DNA from: Polyangiaceae bacterium
GTDB taxonomy: Bacteria > Myxococcota_A > Polyangia > Polyangiales > Polyangiaceae
Assembly (NCBI GenBank): GCA_044222475.1
Contig: JBGANF010000097.1
Span: 1 to 31,191 of the forward strand
DNA: 31,191 nt
Direction: 5' to 3'
In this document: positions 1 to 7,561 of the stretch, one piece after another
How positions within the stretch are numbered: position 1 is the first letter of the stretch
Layout of the letters: each line of letters opens with the position of its first letter
Notes under the pieces: generated by a model
Told to the model about the DNA's origin: nothing
The model's database searches: none
Seen by the model: only the letters and a program-made list of their open reading frames with translations
Position numbers and translations under genes: made by a program

Positions 1-99
1 GTAGTGCGCGAACGACGCCACGAGCCACACAGCTGCGAGGACCGTGCCGAGGTGACTTTGGTCCGGACCTTGCTACGTCCAAGGGCGAGGTACGAAACC

Positions 100-348
100 A
101 TGACCGACCCCCTCAAGACCCAAATCAAGGCCAGCCTTCAAAACCTCGGCGCCCTGCGTGACGAGATCCGCCTCCAGCTCCACCTCGCGGGCATGGACGC
201 GAAGCAGAACTGGGAGGAAATCCTGGAGCCGCAGATCGAGGACGCGAACAAGCTCGCGGAGGACGCGACCGCGATCTCCCAGAAGGCGATCGAGGACGTC
301 ATCGCGCGGGTGAAGGCGTTCCGCGACCAGCACACGCCGAAGCGCTAG
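100..348 (+). CDS. Small helical hypothetical protein (82 aa)
   Basis: ATG at 100 after GAGG. MTDPLKTQIKASLQNLGALRDEIRLQLHLAGMDAKQNW... is amphipathic/coiled-coil-like with high GC3. The upstream part of the 4..348 ORF looks non-coding. Confidence 0.8.
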   Translation: MTDPLKTQIKASLQNLGALRDEIRLQLHLAGMDAKQNWEEILEPQIEDANKLAEDATAISQKAIEDVIARVKAFRDQHTPKR

Positions 349-415
349 TGCGTCGAGCGACGCAGATTGTGCACCGCGGGCTGCTCCATCTGCGCCGGCC
401 GTGTACGGTGGAGCC

Positions 416-1435
416 ATGCGAACGGCTTTCCTCTTCGTTTCGGCGATCGGCATCCTCGCCGTCGTGGCGGCCGCCTGTGGCGGTTCGGTGGCCTCGGACT
501 GCCCAGCCAGCCCGAGCGGCGGCGCCGCTTGCTCGACCAACGACGCAGTGTGTACCTACGCGGCGTCGTGCTCGGCCGATCCGGTGAAGTGTACGTGCTC
601 CGCCGGCAAGTGGAGCTGCGCGTACCCGCCGGGTGGTTGTGCCGACGCTGGGACGAAGTGTACGAACGGAGACACGAAACCCGCCGGCGACGGTTGCAAC
701 ACCTGCACGTGCATGAACGGCACGTGGGGCTGCACGCTGATGGCTTGCGGCGATGGAGGTCCCCTCGTCACGGATCCGGGGTACGTCACGTGTGCCGGTG
801 CGCCATGCGCGGTCCCCGGTGGTTACTGCTGCGACACCCCGACGCTCGACGGCGGAGTCGAGAAGTGCGTTCCTGCCACGACCTCGTCGTGCGCCGGCCT
901 ACGTCGCGCCTGCGACGAAGCAGCCGACTGCGCGGGCGTCACCGGAACGAAGGTGTGTTGCATCCCGCCGAACGCCGCGCAGCTCGTCGCGTACAACGCG
1001 CAGTGCACCCTCTCGTGCAAGGGTGATCCCTTCGCGTACCAGCTCTGCAAGACGACCGCCGAGTGCGAGAACGGCAACGCGATCATGTGGACGAGCTGCG
1101 GCCCGACCGACGGACCCGCGAAGACGTTCATGGTCGGTGACACGCCTCTCACGTGCGCCGACGAGTCCAAGTCCCACACCATCGCCCGCCTCGAGATCGA
1201 GGTCTGGGGTGGCGCGCCCCTCGCCGACGTTCCCCTCGCGCTTCGTGGTACCACCGGCCAGGCGCGGAGGTGCAGCGCTGGCGGCGCGTGCGTTCCACTT
1301 CCCAACGCCGTCCTCACGTTCCACGCCGACGCGGACGGCACCACCCTCGGGACGCTGAGCTTCACCGAGGGTGGCGTCGAGACCACGCGCGCGTTTCGCG
1401 CCACGCGGTGCGAGGTCCACATCGTCTGCGGCTGA
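416..1435 (+). CDS. Cys-rich lipoprotein with a pacifastin-type inhibitor motif
   Basis: GGAG then ATG at 416; signal peptide ending VAAAC; many Cys; C-x11-CNTCTC-x2-G-x3-CTLMAC at 659-748. Confidence 0.8.
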   Translation: MRTAFLFVSAIGILAVVAAACGGSVASDCPASPSGGAACSTNDAVCTYAASCSADPVKCTCSAGKWSCAYPPGGCADAGTKCTNGDTKPAGDGCNTCTCMNGTWGCTLMACGDGGPLVTDPGYVTCAGAPCAVPGGYCCDTPTLDGGVEKCVPATTSSCAGLRRACDEAADCAGVTGTKVCCIPPNAAQLVAYNAQCTLSCKGDPFAYQLCKTTAECENGNAIMWTSCGPTDGPAKTFMVGDTPLTCADESKSHTIARLEIEVWGGAPLADVPLALRGTTGQARRCSAGGACVPLPNAVLTFHADADGTTLGTLSFTEGGVETTRAFRATRCEVHIVCG

Positions 1436-1438
1436 GGC

Positions 1439-1654
1439 TCAGGCGGACTTCGCCAGCGTCTCGGCGTTCTTCTTCATCGTGTCGAAGTAGAGCTTGCGCC
1501 ACTCGGCCGCGAGCTTCTCGCCGTACGCGAGCGACTCGGTGGTGAGCTTGGTCCACTCCTCCGAGGCGGACTGCATCCGCTGGAGCTGATCCTCCGTCGC
1601 CTTCTTCCAGAACCCGAACCATTGCTGCGGTGCAAAAATCTGCTCTGCGTTCAT
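1439..1654 (-). CDS. Small amphipathic helical protein, possibly phasin-like (71 aa)
   Basis: Strong RBS AAGGAGG before ATG; Trp/Ala/Lys/Glu-rich helical sequence; upstream TGTTGC-N3-GCAACA palindrome. The phasin call is inference. Confidence 0.7.
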   Translation of the reverse strand: MNAEQIFAPQQWFGFWKKATEDQLQRMQSASEEWTKLTTESLAYGEKLAAEWRKLYFDTMKKNAETLAKSA

Positions 1655-1678
1655 GAATGACCTCCTTTTCGAGCGCCG

Positions 1679-1728
1679 AACCTAACTCATCAGGACCGCT
1701 CGTCAAGGTATTTTGTTGCAACGCAACA
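1679..1728 (-). promoter_or_regulatory. Putative sigma70 promoter (TTGACG-N16-TAGGTT) with upstream palindrome TGTTGC-aac-GCAACA (PhaR-box-like)
   Basis: Palindrome read at 1714-1728; -35 at 1706-1701 on the minus strand. Confidence 0.5.
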
Positions 1729-1786
1729 TGGGAGGCTCGCCGTGCGCTTGACGCCCGCGGGGCAAACGGTTCTCGTGCGCCCAGAG

Positions 1787-2866
1787 ATGAAGGCGCTCGA
1801 CTCGGTCCCGTTCGTCCTCGCCTTCGGCGCCGTCGTGGCGTGCGGTGCGGGTGCGGCCGCGACGGGAGGTGGTGCGACTCCGGTCGACGTCGTGGACGCG
1901 TCGACCGCGATCGACGCTGCGATCGAGGCGAGCGCGCCGCCACCGGATGCCGGCATTGCGGACGCCGTCCTCGCCGACGCCGCCGTGGCCGTCGAAGACA
2001 CCGACGGCGCCGCCGACGGTGGCGCGGCGTGCGGCGTGTGCCCGAGCTACCCGCCCTGGAGGCGCGCCACGACGTTCGCCGCGTATCCTCTCAACGAGCT
2101 CTCCGGCATCGTCGCGAGCCGTCGCGATCCGGGCATCGTCTACGCCCACAACGACTCGGGGGACCAGCCCCGCTTCTTCGCGGTCGAGGCCGAGACCGGC
2201 AAGGCGCGCGGCGAGTTCCTGCTCAAGGGCGTGCAGGCCATCGACTGGGAGGACATCGCGCTCGGACCGTGCACCGCGGGGACGTGCGTCTTCCTCGGCG
2301 ACATCGGCGACAACTCGCACATTCGCGCGAGCATCTCGATCTACGTCGTCCCCGAGCCGGCGCTCGATCCGGCGAAGGGCAAGGCCGAGCTCACCGCGTT
2401 CGAGCGATGGACGCTCCACTACCCGGACGGCGCGCACGACGCGGAGACGTTGCTCGTCGATCCGCGGTCGGGCGACCTCTTCATCGTCACCAAGGAGCTC
2501 TTCGGTCGCGGAGCGCTGTACGCGTTGCCGAGGCCGTACGTCGGCAACGCGGCGATGACGTTGCGCCGTCTGAACACGATCCAGATCCCGTCGGTCACGA
2601 CCACGCTCATCACCGGCGGGGACGTCCACCCGTGTGCGCCCCGGGTGGTCCTCCGCAGCTACGGCCGCGTCTTCGAGTTCCGCGGATCGAAGCAAGGCGA
2701 CGTCGCATCGTGGCTGTCGGGACCGCCGGCGCTCGTGATCGAAGGTGCGCCAGAGCCTCAAGGCGAGGCGATGGCGTACCGGGCCGACGGCTTCGGGCTC
2801 TACTCGTCGACGGAGATCCCGGCGGGATCGATGCCGGCGCCGCTGGCAGCGACGAGTTGCAGGTAG
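1787..2866 (+). CDS. Lipoprotein with DA-rich linker and probable beta-propeller domain
   Basis: Lipobox VVAC; repeated blade motifs ELSGI, HNDSG, DWEDIA, GDIGDN, DAETLLVDP, QGEAMAY. Confidence 0.8.
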   Translation: MKALDSVPFVLAFGAVVACGAGAAATGGGATPVDVVDASTAIDAAIEASAPPPDAGIADAVLADAAVAVEDTDGAADGGAACGVCPSYPPWRRATTFAAYPLNELSGIVASRRDPGIVYAHNDSGDQPRFFAVEAETGKARGEFLLKGVQAIDWEDIALGPCTAGTCVFLGDIGDNSHIRASISIYVVPEPALDPAKGKAELTAFERWTLHYPDGAHDAETLLVDPRSGDLFIVTKELFGRGALYALPRPYVGNAAMTLRRLNTIQIPSVTTTLITGGDVHPCAPRVVLRSYGRVFEFRGSKQGDVASWLSGPPALVIEGAPEPQGEAMAYRADGFGLYSSTEIPAGSMPAPLAATSCR

Positions 2867-2870
2867 CGGT

Positions 2871-2914
2871 GGGGCTGCGGTGGGGAGAGGGAGGGGGAGG
2901 GGGAGAGGGACGGG
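2871..2914 (+). repeat. G-rich purine tract with seven G-runs (potential G-quadruplex)
   Basis: ggggctgcggtggggagagggagggggagggggagagggacggg, between convergent genes. Confidence 0.55.
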
Positions 2915-2916
2915 CC

Positions 2917-3567
2917 CTAGTGCGCGGCTTTGCGCCACAGGATCCCGTCGCGGGTCGCTCGGAGGCGCCGCTCTCTCGTCCAGCGCGCGGTGATTCGGCT
3001 CGCCGTCTCGGTCGTGACGCCGATCATGCTCGCGATCTCGTCGCGCCGCAGCGGGAGCGCGACGAAGGGCGCATCGCCGATGGTCGTCCCATATCGGGAC
3101 GCGAGCCCGTCGAACAGGCGCGCGAGCCTCGCCTCGGCGTCGCCGTCGGCGAGGGCGTCGATGCGATCGACGAGGGCGCGCTGCGCCGCCGCGACGGTGC
3201 ACGTCACCGCGTCGAAGAACGCCGGGTCGGCGGTCATCGCCGGCTGGAGCTCCGCGCGGGGCGTACGCAACACCACCGATGCGCGCAGCGCGACGACCGA
3301 AGCCGTCCACGGTCCGCCGTCGAGCCACGCCGGATCGCAGATCCACGCCGGCGCGCGCAGCACGTCGAGGACGCGCGCCGAGCCGCGACGGTTCGGATCG
3401 CGCGACGGCCGCTCGAGCTTCACCGCGCCGTTCGCGAGCGCGAGGATCTCGACGCACGGTTGCCCGGCGGTGATCAGCGTCGCGCCGCGCTCGACGCGCA
3501 GCGCGGTGGTCGCGAGCTTCCAGCGCTCGGGCACGGTGGTCGGGAAGCGCGGCTCGTTCGGTGCCAC
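2917..3567 (-). CDS. Crp/Fnr family transcriptional regulator
   Basis: GTG at 3567 after AAGGAG; cNMP-binding-like barrel (LITAGQP...NGAVKL); C-terminal HTH LPLRRDEIASMIGVTTETASR with Fnr-type ETxSR. Confidence 0.9.
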   Translation of the reverse strand: MAPNEPRFPTTVPERWKLATTALRVERGATLITAGQPCVEILALANGAVKLERPSRDPNRRGSARVLDVLRAPAWICDPAWLDGGPWTASVVALRASVVLRTPRAELQPAMTADPAFFDAVTCTVAAAQRALVDRIDALADGDAEARLARLFDGLASRYGTTIGDAPFVALPLRRDEIASMIGVTTETASRITARWTRERRLRATRDGILWRKAAH

Positions 3568-3568
3568 G

Positions 3569-3862
3569 TCAGTCTCCTTGCGCGTCGAGCGCGCCGTCGC
3601 CGCCATCGTCTGCATCGGTCGGCGCGTCGCTCGAGGCGTCACTGGGCGGCGCGGCTTCTCGCGCGGCGTCCGTCTCGGCGTCGGCTCCCATGCCAGCGTC
3701 GTCGCTCGGTCCGACGGTGGCGTCGGAGCCCGCGCCCGCGTCGATGCTCGCGTCGGGATCCGCGGCCAGGGATCCTGGCGGGAGCGGCTGCGGGTTGAGC
3801 GAGCACGCGACCGCGAGGGCTGCGCCGAACGCGAAGGCGAAGAAGATGCCGCGGCGGATCAT
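3569..3862 (-). CDS. Small acidic lipoprotein with CSLNPQPLPP motif (paralog 2)
   Basis: Signal MIRRGIFF...LAVAC then SLNPQPLPP and a D/A/G low-complexity tail; overlaps the upstream paralog by 4 nt. Confidence 0.8.
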   Translation of the reverse strand: MIRRGIFFAFAFGAALAVACSLNPQPLPPGSLAADPDASIDAGAGSDATVGPSDDAGMGADAETDAAREAAPPSDASSDAPTDADDGGDGALDAQGD

Positions 3863-4170
3863 TCGGTCACCGCGTCCTCGGCGGCGTCGCCTGCGTCGCC
3901 TGCGTCGCCTGCGTCCAGGCCCGCATCACCGGCATCGGCGTGTCCATCCGGTGCCGCATCGATCGTCACCGAGCCGTCGAGACCTGCGTCGTCGGTCGGC
4001 GGAGTGGCGGCGTCGGCGCCCGTGGTGCTCGAGTCCTTCGTCGCGCCAGCGTCCGCGTTGAAGCCGTTGGTGTCCTCCGGGGGGAGCGGCTGCGGGTTGA
4101 GCGAGCACGCCGTCGTCGCTGCTGCCGCAGCGAGGATCACGACGAGGAAGGCTCGAACCATGGAACGCAT
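3859..4170 (-). CDS. Small acidic lipoprotein with CSLNPQPLPP motif (paralog 1)
   Basis: Signal ending ATTAC then SLNPQPLPP and DAG repeats; start at 4170 or 4161. Confidence 0.8.
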   Translation of the reverse strand: MRSMVRAFLVVILAAAAATTACSLNPQPLPPEDTNGFNADAGATKDSSTTGADAATPPTDDAGLDGSVTIDAAPDGHADAGDAGLDAGDAGDAGDAAEDAVTE

Positions 4171-4188
4171 GAGGGGCAGCGATAGGCT

Positions 4189-4204
4189 TGCACAAATGGT
4201 GCCA
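4189..4204 (-). promoter_or_regulatory. Putative sigma54 (-24/-12) promoter
   Basis: Minus strand TGGCAC-CATTT-GTGCA has exact GG-N10-GC spacing and lies just upstream of the lipoprotein/Crp operon. Confidence 0.6.
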
Positions 4205-4327
4205 TGCGCAAAGGCCGTAAAATGCGCCGCCCTCGCCGCCTCCGCCACGATCGAGAGGTCGGTCGGCTACCAAGTGACACAGGTTGGCACAGTTGCTCGC
4301 CGACGGGGGGCAGCCTATGAAGGCGCC

Positions 4328-5020
4328 ATGGCTGCCGCGGTCGCGGTGCGAAAGGTGACGAAGCTCGTCCGCGATGGGCGTGAGCGCAAGCGCGTCCTCG
4401 AGGACGTCGACTTCGAGATCGACGCCGGCGAGATCGTGGTCCTGCGCGGACCGAGCGGCAGCGGAAAGACGACGCTCCTCGGCGTCGCGGGGACGATGCT
4501 CCTGCCGACGACCGGCGAAGTGTGGATCGGTGGCGAGGCGACGTCGCGCTTGCGTGACGAGCAACGCGCCGAAGTGCGGCGCAAGAACGTGGGCTTCGTG
4601 TTCCAGGACGTGCAGCTCGTCGACGGGATGAGCGCTCTCGACAACGTTCTCCTGCCCTGCGTCCCCGACGGCATCGCTCAGCGCGATCGCGACGCGGCAT
4701 CGAAGCTGCTCGAGCGCTTCGACGTCGGCGCGGTCGCCCACACCGACGTGCGGCGTCTCTCCGGCGGCGAGAAGCAACGCGTCGCGCTCGCTCGCGCGCT
4801 CCTCCGCGATCCGAAGCTGCTCTTGTTCGACGAGCCGACGTCCCACCTCGACGAGGAGCGCGCGAAGGACTTCCACGCGTCGGTGCGCGAGCTCGCCGCC
4901 GAAGGTCGCGCGGTGCTCCTCGCGACGCACGATGCGCGCGTCGCCGAGCAGGTGGGCGCGAAGCGCACCCTCCACCTCGCTTCGGGTCGCCTCTCGGTCG
5001 GCCCCGAGGAGACCGGATGA
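4328..5020 (+). CDS. ABC transporter ATP-binding protein (LolD/MacB-like)
   Basis: Walker A GPSGSGKT, Q-loop VGFVFQ, signature LSGGEKQR, Walker B LLFDEPT, H-loop ATHD. Confidence 0.93.
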   Translation: MAAAVAVRKVTKLVRDGRERKRVLEDVDFEIDAGEIVVLRGPSGSGKTTLLGVAGTMLLPTTGEVWIGGEATSRLRDEQRAEVRRKNVGFVFQDVQLVDGMSALDNVLLPCVPDGIAQRDRDAASKLLERFDVGAVAHTDVRRLSGGEKQRVALARALLRDPKLLLFDEPTSHLDEERAKDFHASVRELAAEGRAVLLATHDARVAEQVGAKRTLHLASGRLSVGPEETG

Positions 5021-6036
5021 CGTTCTTCGAGCCTTGGATCTTCCTCCGCTGGCTCGGCGGCGCGGTCGGCGCGGTGTTGATGCTGCGCGCCGCGATCACG
5101 TCGGCCCGCGTGCTCAAGAGCTGGGACGTCGTCCGCGTCACCGAAGGTCAGCTCCTCCTCGAGCGCCGCGTGGAGCTCGCGGCGACGTTCGTGCGCGTCG
5201 GCGCGGCCGCCCTCGTCATGAGCCTCCTCCTGTCGATCCTCGGTGCGGACAAGTTGAGCCACGGCATCCGCGGCGCCATGTGCGCCTACGGCACGTTCCA
5301 CTCGAACGAGTGGGGTTTCCCCGCCCTCGAGACGACCCTCGCCGCCGCCGTCGCCACCGCGCTGCTCGCCCAGCTGTACGCGTTCGATGCGCGCGTGCGC
5401 GGTCCGGAGCTCGTTCGTCCACTCGCGGCGGCCACGCTCCTCGTCGCGCCGCTCGCCATCGCCGATCTCGCGATGCAGACGAAGTTCCTCCTCGGGCTCG
5501 ACCTCTCCGTCGTCGCGTCGTGCTGCTCGGTGCAGCTCGATGCGGTGACCGCCGGCCAAGAGTCGACGATCGAAGGTCCGCGCGTCCTCGTCACCTGGCT
5601 CGCGCCCGCGCTCCTCGTCGCGAGCGCGGCGTTGGGCCTGCTCGTCGCGCGCCGGCCGACGCGCGCACGCGTGACGGTGATCGGCGCGCTCGCCGTCGCG
5701 ACCATTCCGATCGCGGTCGCTGCCGCGATCCTCGAGGTTGGCCCGCACGCGTTCGAGGCGCCGCAGCACCACTGTCCGTTCTGTCTGTTCCGCTCCGACG
5801 TCCTCGGCATCGGCTACGTGCTCTTCGGCGCGCTGTTCGTCGCGCTCAGCTGGAGCGCGGGCGCTGGGCTCGCGGCCATCTTCGCGCGTGGTCCGCTCGC
5901 TCGCGCGGCGCTCCCCGACTTCGCGCGCGATCGCCTGCACAAAGCGGCGTTCGCCTGGATGCTCGCCCTCGTCGTCTCTGCGATCCCGGTGATTCGCTAC
6001 GCGATCGTCGCCCACGGTGCGCCGCTCTTCCGATGA
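5017..6036 (+). CDS. Polytopic membrane protein with GAMC, SCCS and HHCPFC motifs
   Basis: About 8-9 hydrophobic segments; ATGA overlaps with both neighbouring genes; Cys/His clusters in loops. Confidence 0.85.
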   Translation: MTFFEPWIFLRWLGGAVGAVLMLRAAITSARVLKSWDVVRVTEGQLLLERRVELAATFVRVGAAALVMSLLLSILGADKLSHGIRGAMCAYGTFHSNEWGFPALETTLAAAVATALLAQLYAFDARVRGPELVRPLAAATLLVAPLAIADLAMQTKFLLGLDLSVVASCCSVQLDAVTAGQESTIEGPRVLVTWLAPALLVASAALGLLVARRPTRARVTVIGALAVATIPIAVAAAILEVGPHAFEAPQHHCPFCLFRSDVLGIGYVLFGALFVALSWSAGAGLAAIFARGPLARAALPDFARDRLHKAAFAWMLALVVSAIPVIRYAIVAHGAPLFR

Positions 6037-6434
6037 CCTCCCGCCGCACGTTCCTCCTCGTCCCCATCGCCGTCGTGCTCGCGTGCAAGAGCTCGGCGAA
6101 GCGGTGCGCCCACTGCGGGATGAAGATCGACGAGACGAGCGCGTTCCACGCCGCGCTGGAGATCGACGGCGCACGCGAGTCGTTCGACACGCCGCGGTGC
6201 GCGCTCACCGAGTGGAAGGCGCGCGGCAAAGGCACCGTGCTCGTGCAGGACTACTACGATCGCGTCCTTCAGGACGGCAGCAAGCTCCGCTTCGTGATCG
6301 GGAGCGACGTCATCGGCCCGATGGGTCCGGAGATCGTGCCCGTCGACGCGCCACGCGCCTCCAAGTTCGTGGGCGATCACGGCGGCAAGGACTACGCCCT
6401 CGGCGATCTCACGACGGAGCTCCTCGGCCAGTGA
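6033..6434 (+). CDS. NosL-family metal-binding lipoprotein
   Basis: SRRTFL twin-arginine-like signal plus VLAC lipobox; CAHCGM, FDTPRC, QDYY, VIGSDVIGPMG and FVGDHGG match NosL-family motifs. Confidence 0.85.
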   Translation: MTSRRTFLLVPIAVVLACKSSAKRCAHCGMKIDETSAFHAALEIDGARESFDTPRCALTEWKARGKGTVLVQDYYDRVLQDGSKLRFVIGSDVIGPMGPEIVPVDAPRASKFVGDHGGKDYALGDLTTELLGQ

Positions 6435-6679
6435 GCTCGCTCTCGCAACCGACACCGCGCATGCGGCGCATCCTCGAGGTCGTCTACGCTGTCGACGGCG
6501 TCCATGCGGCGCGCGTGTGGGAGTGGCCGGACGCGGGCAAGACCCGGATCGCGGTCGCGGTGCGACCCGCTCAGATGGCGAGCGTCGGCGATCTTCTTCG
6601 CCGCGTCGAGGCAGCGGTCGCGGGGTTGGCCGAGCCGGGCGAGAGCTGGGACTTCGGCGTGCTCGATCCAGCCGAGTGA
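6431..6679 (+). CDS. Small hypothetical protein (about 82 aa)
   Basis: GTGA overlap with the NosL-like stop; globular alpha/beta pattern; ends before a terminator. Confidence 0.65.
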   Translation: MSSLSQPTPRMRRILEVVYAVDGVHAARVWEWPDAGKTRIAVAVRPAQMASVGDLLRRVEAAVAGLAEPGESWDFGVLDPAE

Positions 6680-6680
6680 C

Positions 6681-6720
6681 AAAACGAAAGCGCGCCACCC
6701 GAGACGGGCGGCGCGCTCTT
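6681..6720. terminator. Probable bidirectional intrinsic terminator
   Basis: agcgcgcc-acccg-aga-cggg-c-ggcgcgct stem, flanked by AAAACGAA and CTT, between convergent genes. Confidence 0.7.
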
Positions 6721-6738
6721 CGTGGGTTCGATCGACGA

Positions 6739-7248
6739 TCAGTTCGCGACGAAGATCGCTTCGATCTCGGTGCGGACTTCCTCTTCGGTCTGGCCGCGGG
6801 CGATCGCGATCTCTTTGACGATGAGGGTGCGGGCGGTGTCGAGCATCGCGCGCTCGCCGAACGACAGCTGCTTGTCGGTCTTGAGGCGGTAGAGGTCGCG
6901 GAGCACCTCCGCCACGTCGTAGATCGATCCGGTCTGGATCTTGGCCATGAACCCGCGGTAGCGGCGGTTCCAGGTCTGCTTGTCGAACGCGATGGTGCGC
7001 TCGCGGAGGATGTCGAAGATCTCCTCGATCTCCTGCATCCCGACCAGCTCGCGGAGGCCGACGGCAGCAGCGTTGGAAACGGGGATCTTCACCGTCTTCG
7101 CGTTCTTGTCGAGGATGCGAACCTCGTAGAACTTCTGCCGAGATCCGGCGATGTCGAGCTCGACGATCTTCACGATCTCGCCGACCCCGTGCTTCGGATA
7201 GACAGCCTTGTCGCCGACCTTGAACTTGACGTCCGACCCTGCTTGCAT
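6739..7248 (-). CDS. cdnL: CarD/CdnL family RNA polymerase-binding regulator
   Basis: FKVGDKAVYPKHGVGEI, TWNRRYR, AEVLRDL, LSFGERAML; 169 aa with no HMGA-like tail, so CdnL type; GAAGGA RBS. Confidence 0.95.
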   Translation of the reverse strand: MQAGSDVKFKVGDKAVYPKHGVGEIVKIVELDIAGSRQKFYEVRILDKNAKTVKIPVSNAAAVGLRELVGMQEIEEIFDILRERTIAFDKQTWNRRYRGFMAKIQTGSIYDVAEVLRDLYRLKTDKQLSFGERAMLDTARTLIVKEIAIARGQTEEEVRTEIEAIFVAN

Positions 7249-7440
7249 GACGGTTCCTTCCTTCACCTGGTCTGTTCCCTCTCCCGAGCTCGGCACAAAC
7301 GTCCCCATCAGCCGAGGCGAAAAGCCTCACTGACAAGCGCCTCGAACATGCCTCGATGGGTTTCGCGATAGCCCGAAAACCTTCGGCTCCGGAGGGAGCT
7401 ACCGGCTTCGCGATAAGAGGTTAGAGAATCAGGCGAGCGC

Positions 7441-7470
7441 ACTCTAGTTCGGCGGAGGCCTGTTTGTCAA
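7441..7470 (-). promoter_or_regulatory. Putative sigmaA promoter of cdnL (TTGACA-N18-TAGAGT)
   Basis: Read on the minus strand; implies a leader of about 185 nt. Confidence 0.65.
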
Positions 7471-7490
7471 AGAAATAGGGTGGGATTCGG

Positions 7491-7504
7491 TTGATCTAGA
7501 TCAA
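7491..7504. promoter_or_regulatory. Perfect FNR-type box TTGAT-CTAG-ATCAA
   Basis: Exact match to TTGAT-N4-ATCAA in a divergent intergenic region. Confidence 0.6.
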
Positions 7505-7561
7505 TCGATACGCAGATTGGAACACAGCTGGGCCTCGGGTTTGCGCCCCTTCAGGGAACAC

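Noticed and set aside
1657..3798. 713-aa plus-strand ORF and 584-aa minus-strand ORF (1703-3457)
   Set aside because: Arg-rich frame-shifted or antisense shadows of the propeller lipoprotein and Crp genes, typical of high-GC DNA.
4284..4300. TTGGCACAGTTGCTCGC as a sigma54 promoter for the ABC operon
   Set aside because: GG-to-GC spacing is not 10 nt.
2930..4327. Apparent 466-aa N-terminal extension of the ABC ATPase
   Set aside because: Antisense to three well-supported minus-strand genes; the ATPase domain starts at ATG 4328.
4932..6032. Long N-terminal extension of the NosL-like ORF
   Set aside because: Alternative frame of the membrane protein gene; the signal peptide begins at 6033.
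6033..6434. Evidence for nitrous oxide reduction
   Set aside because: Only a NosL-family gene is present; no nosZ, nosD or nosR in the window.
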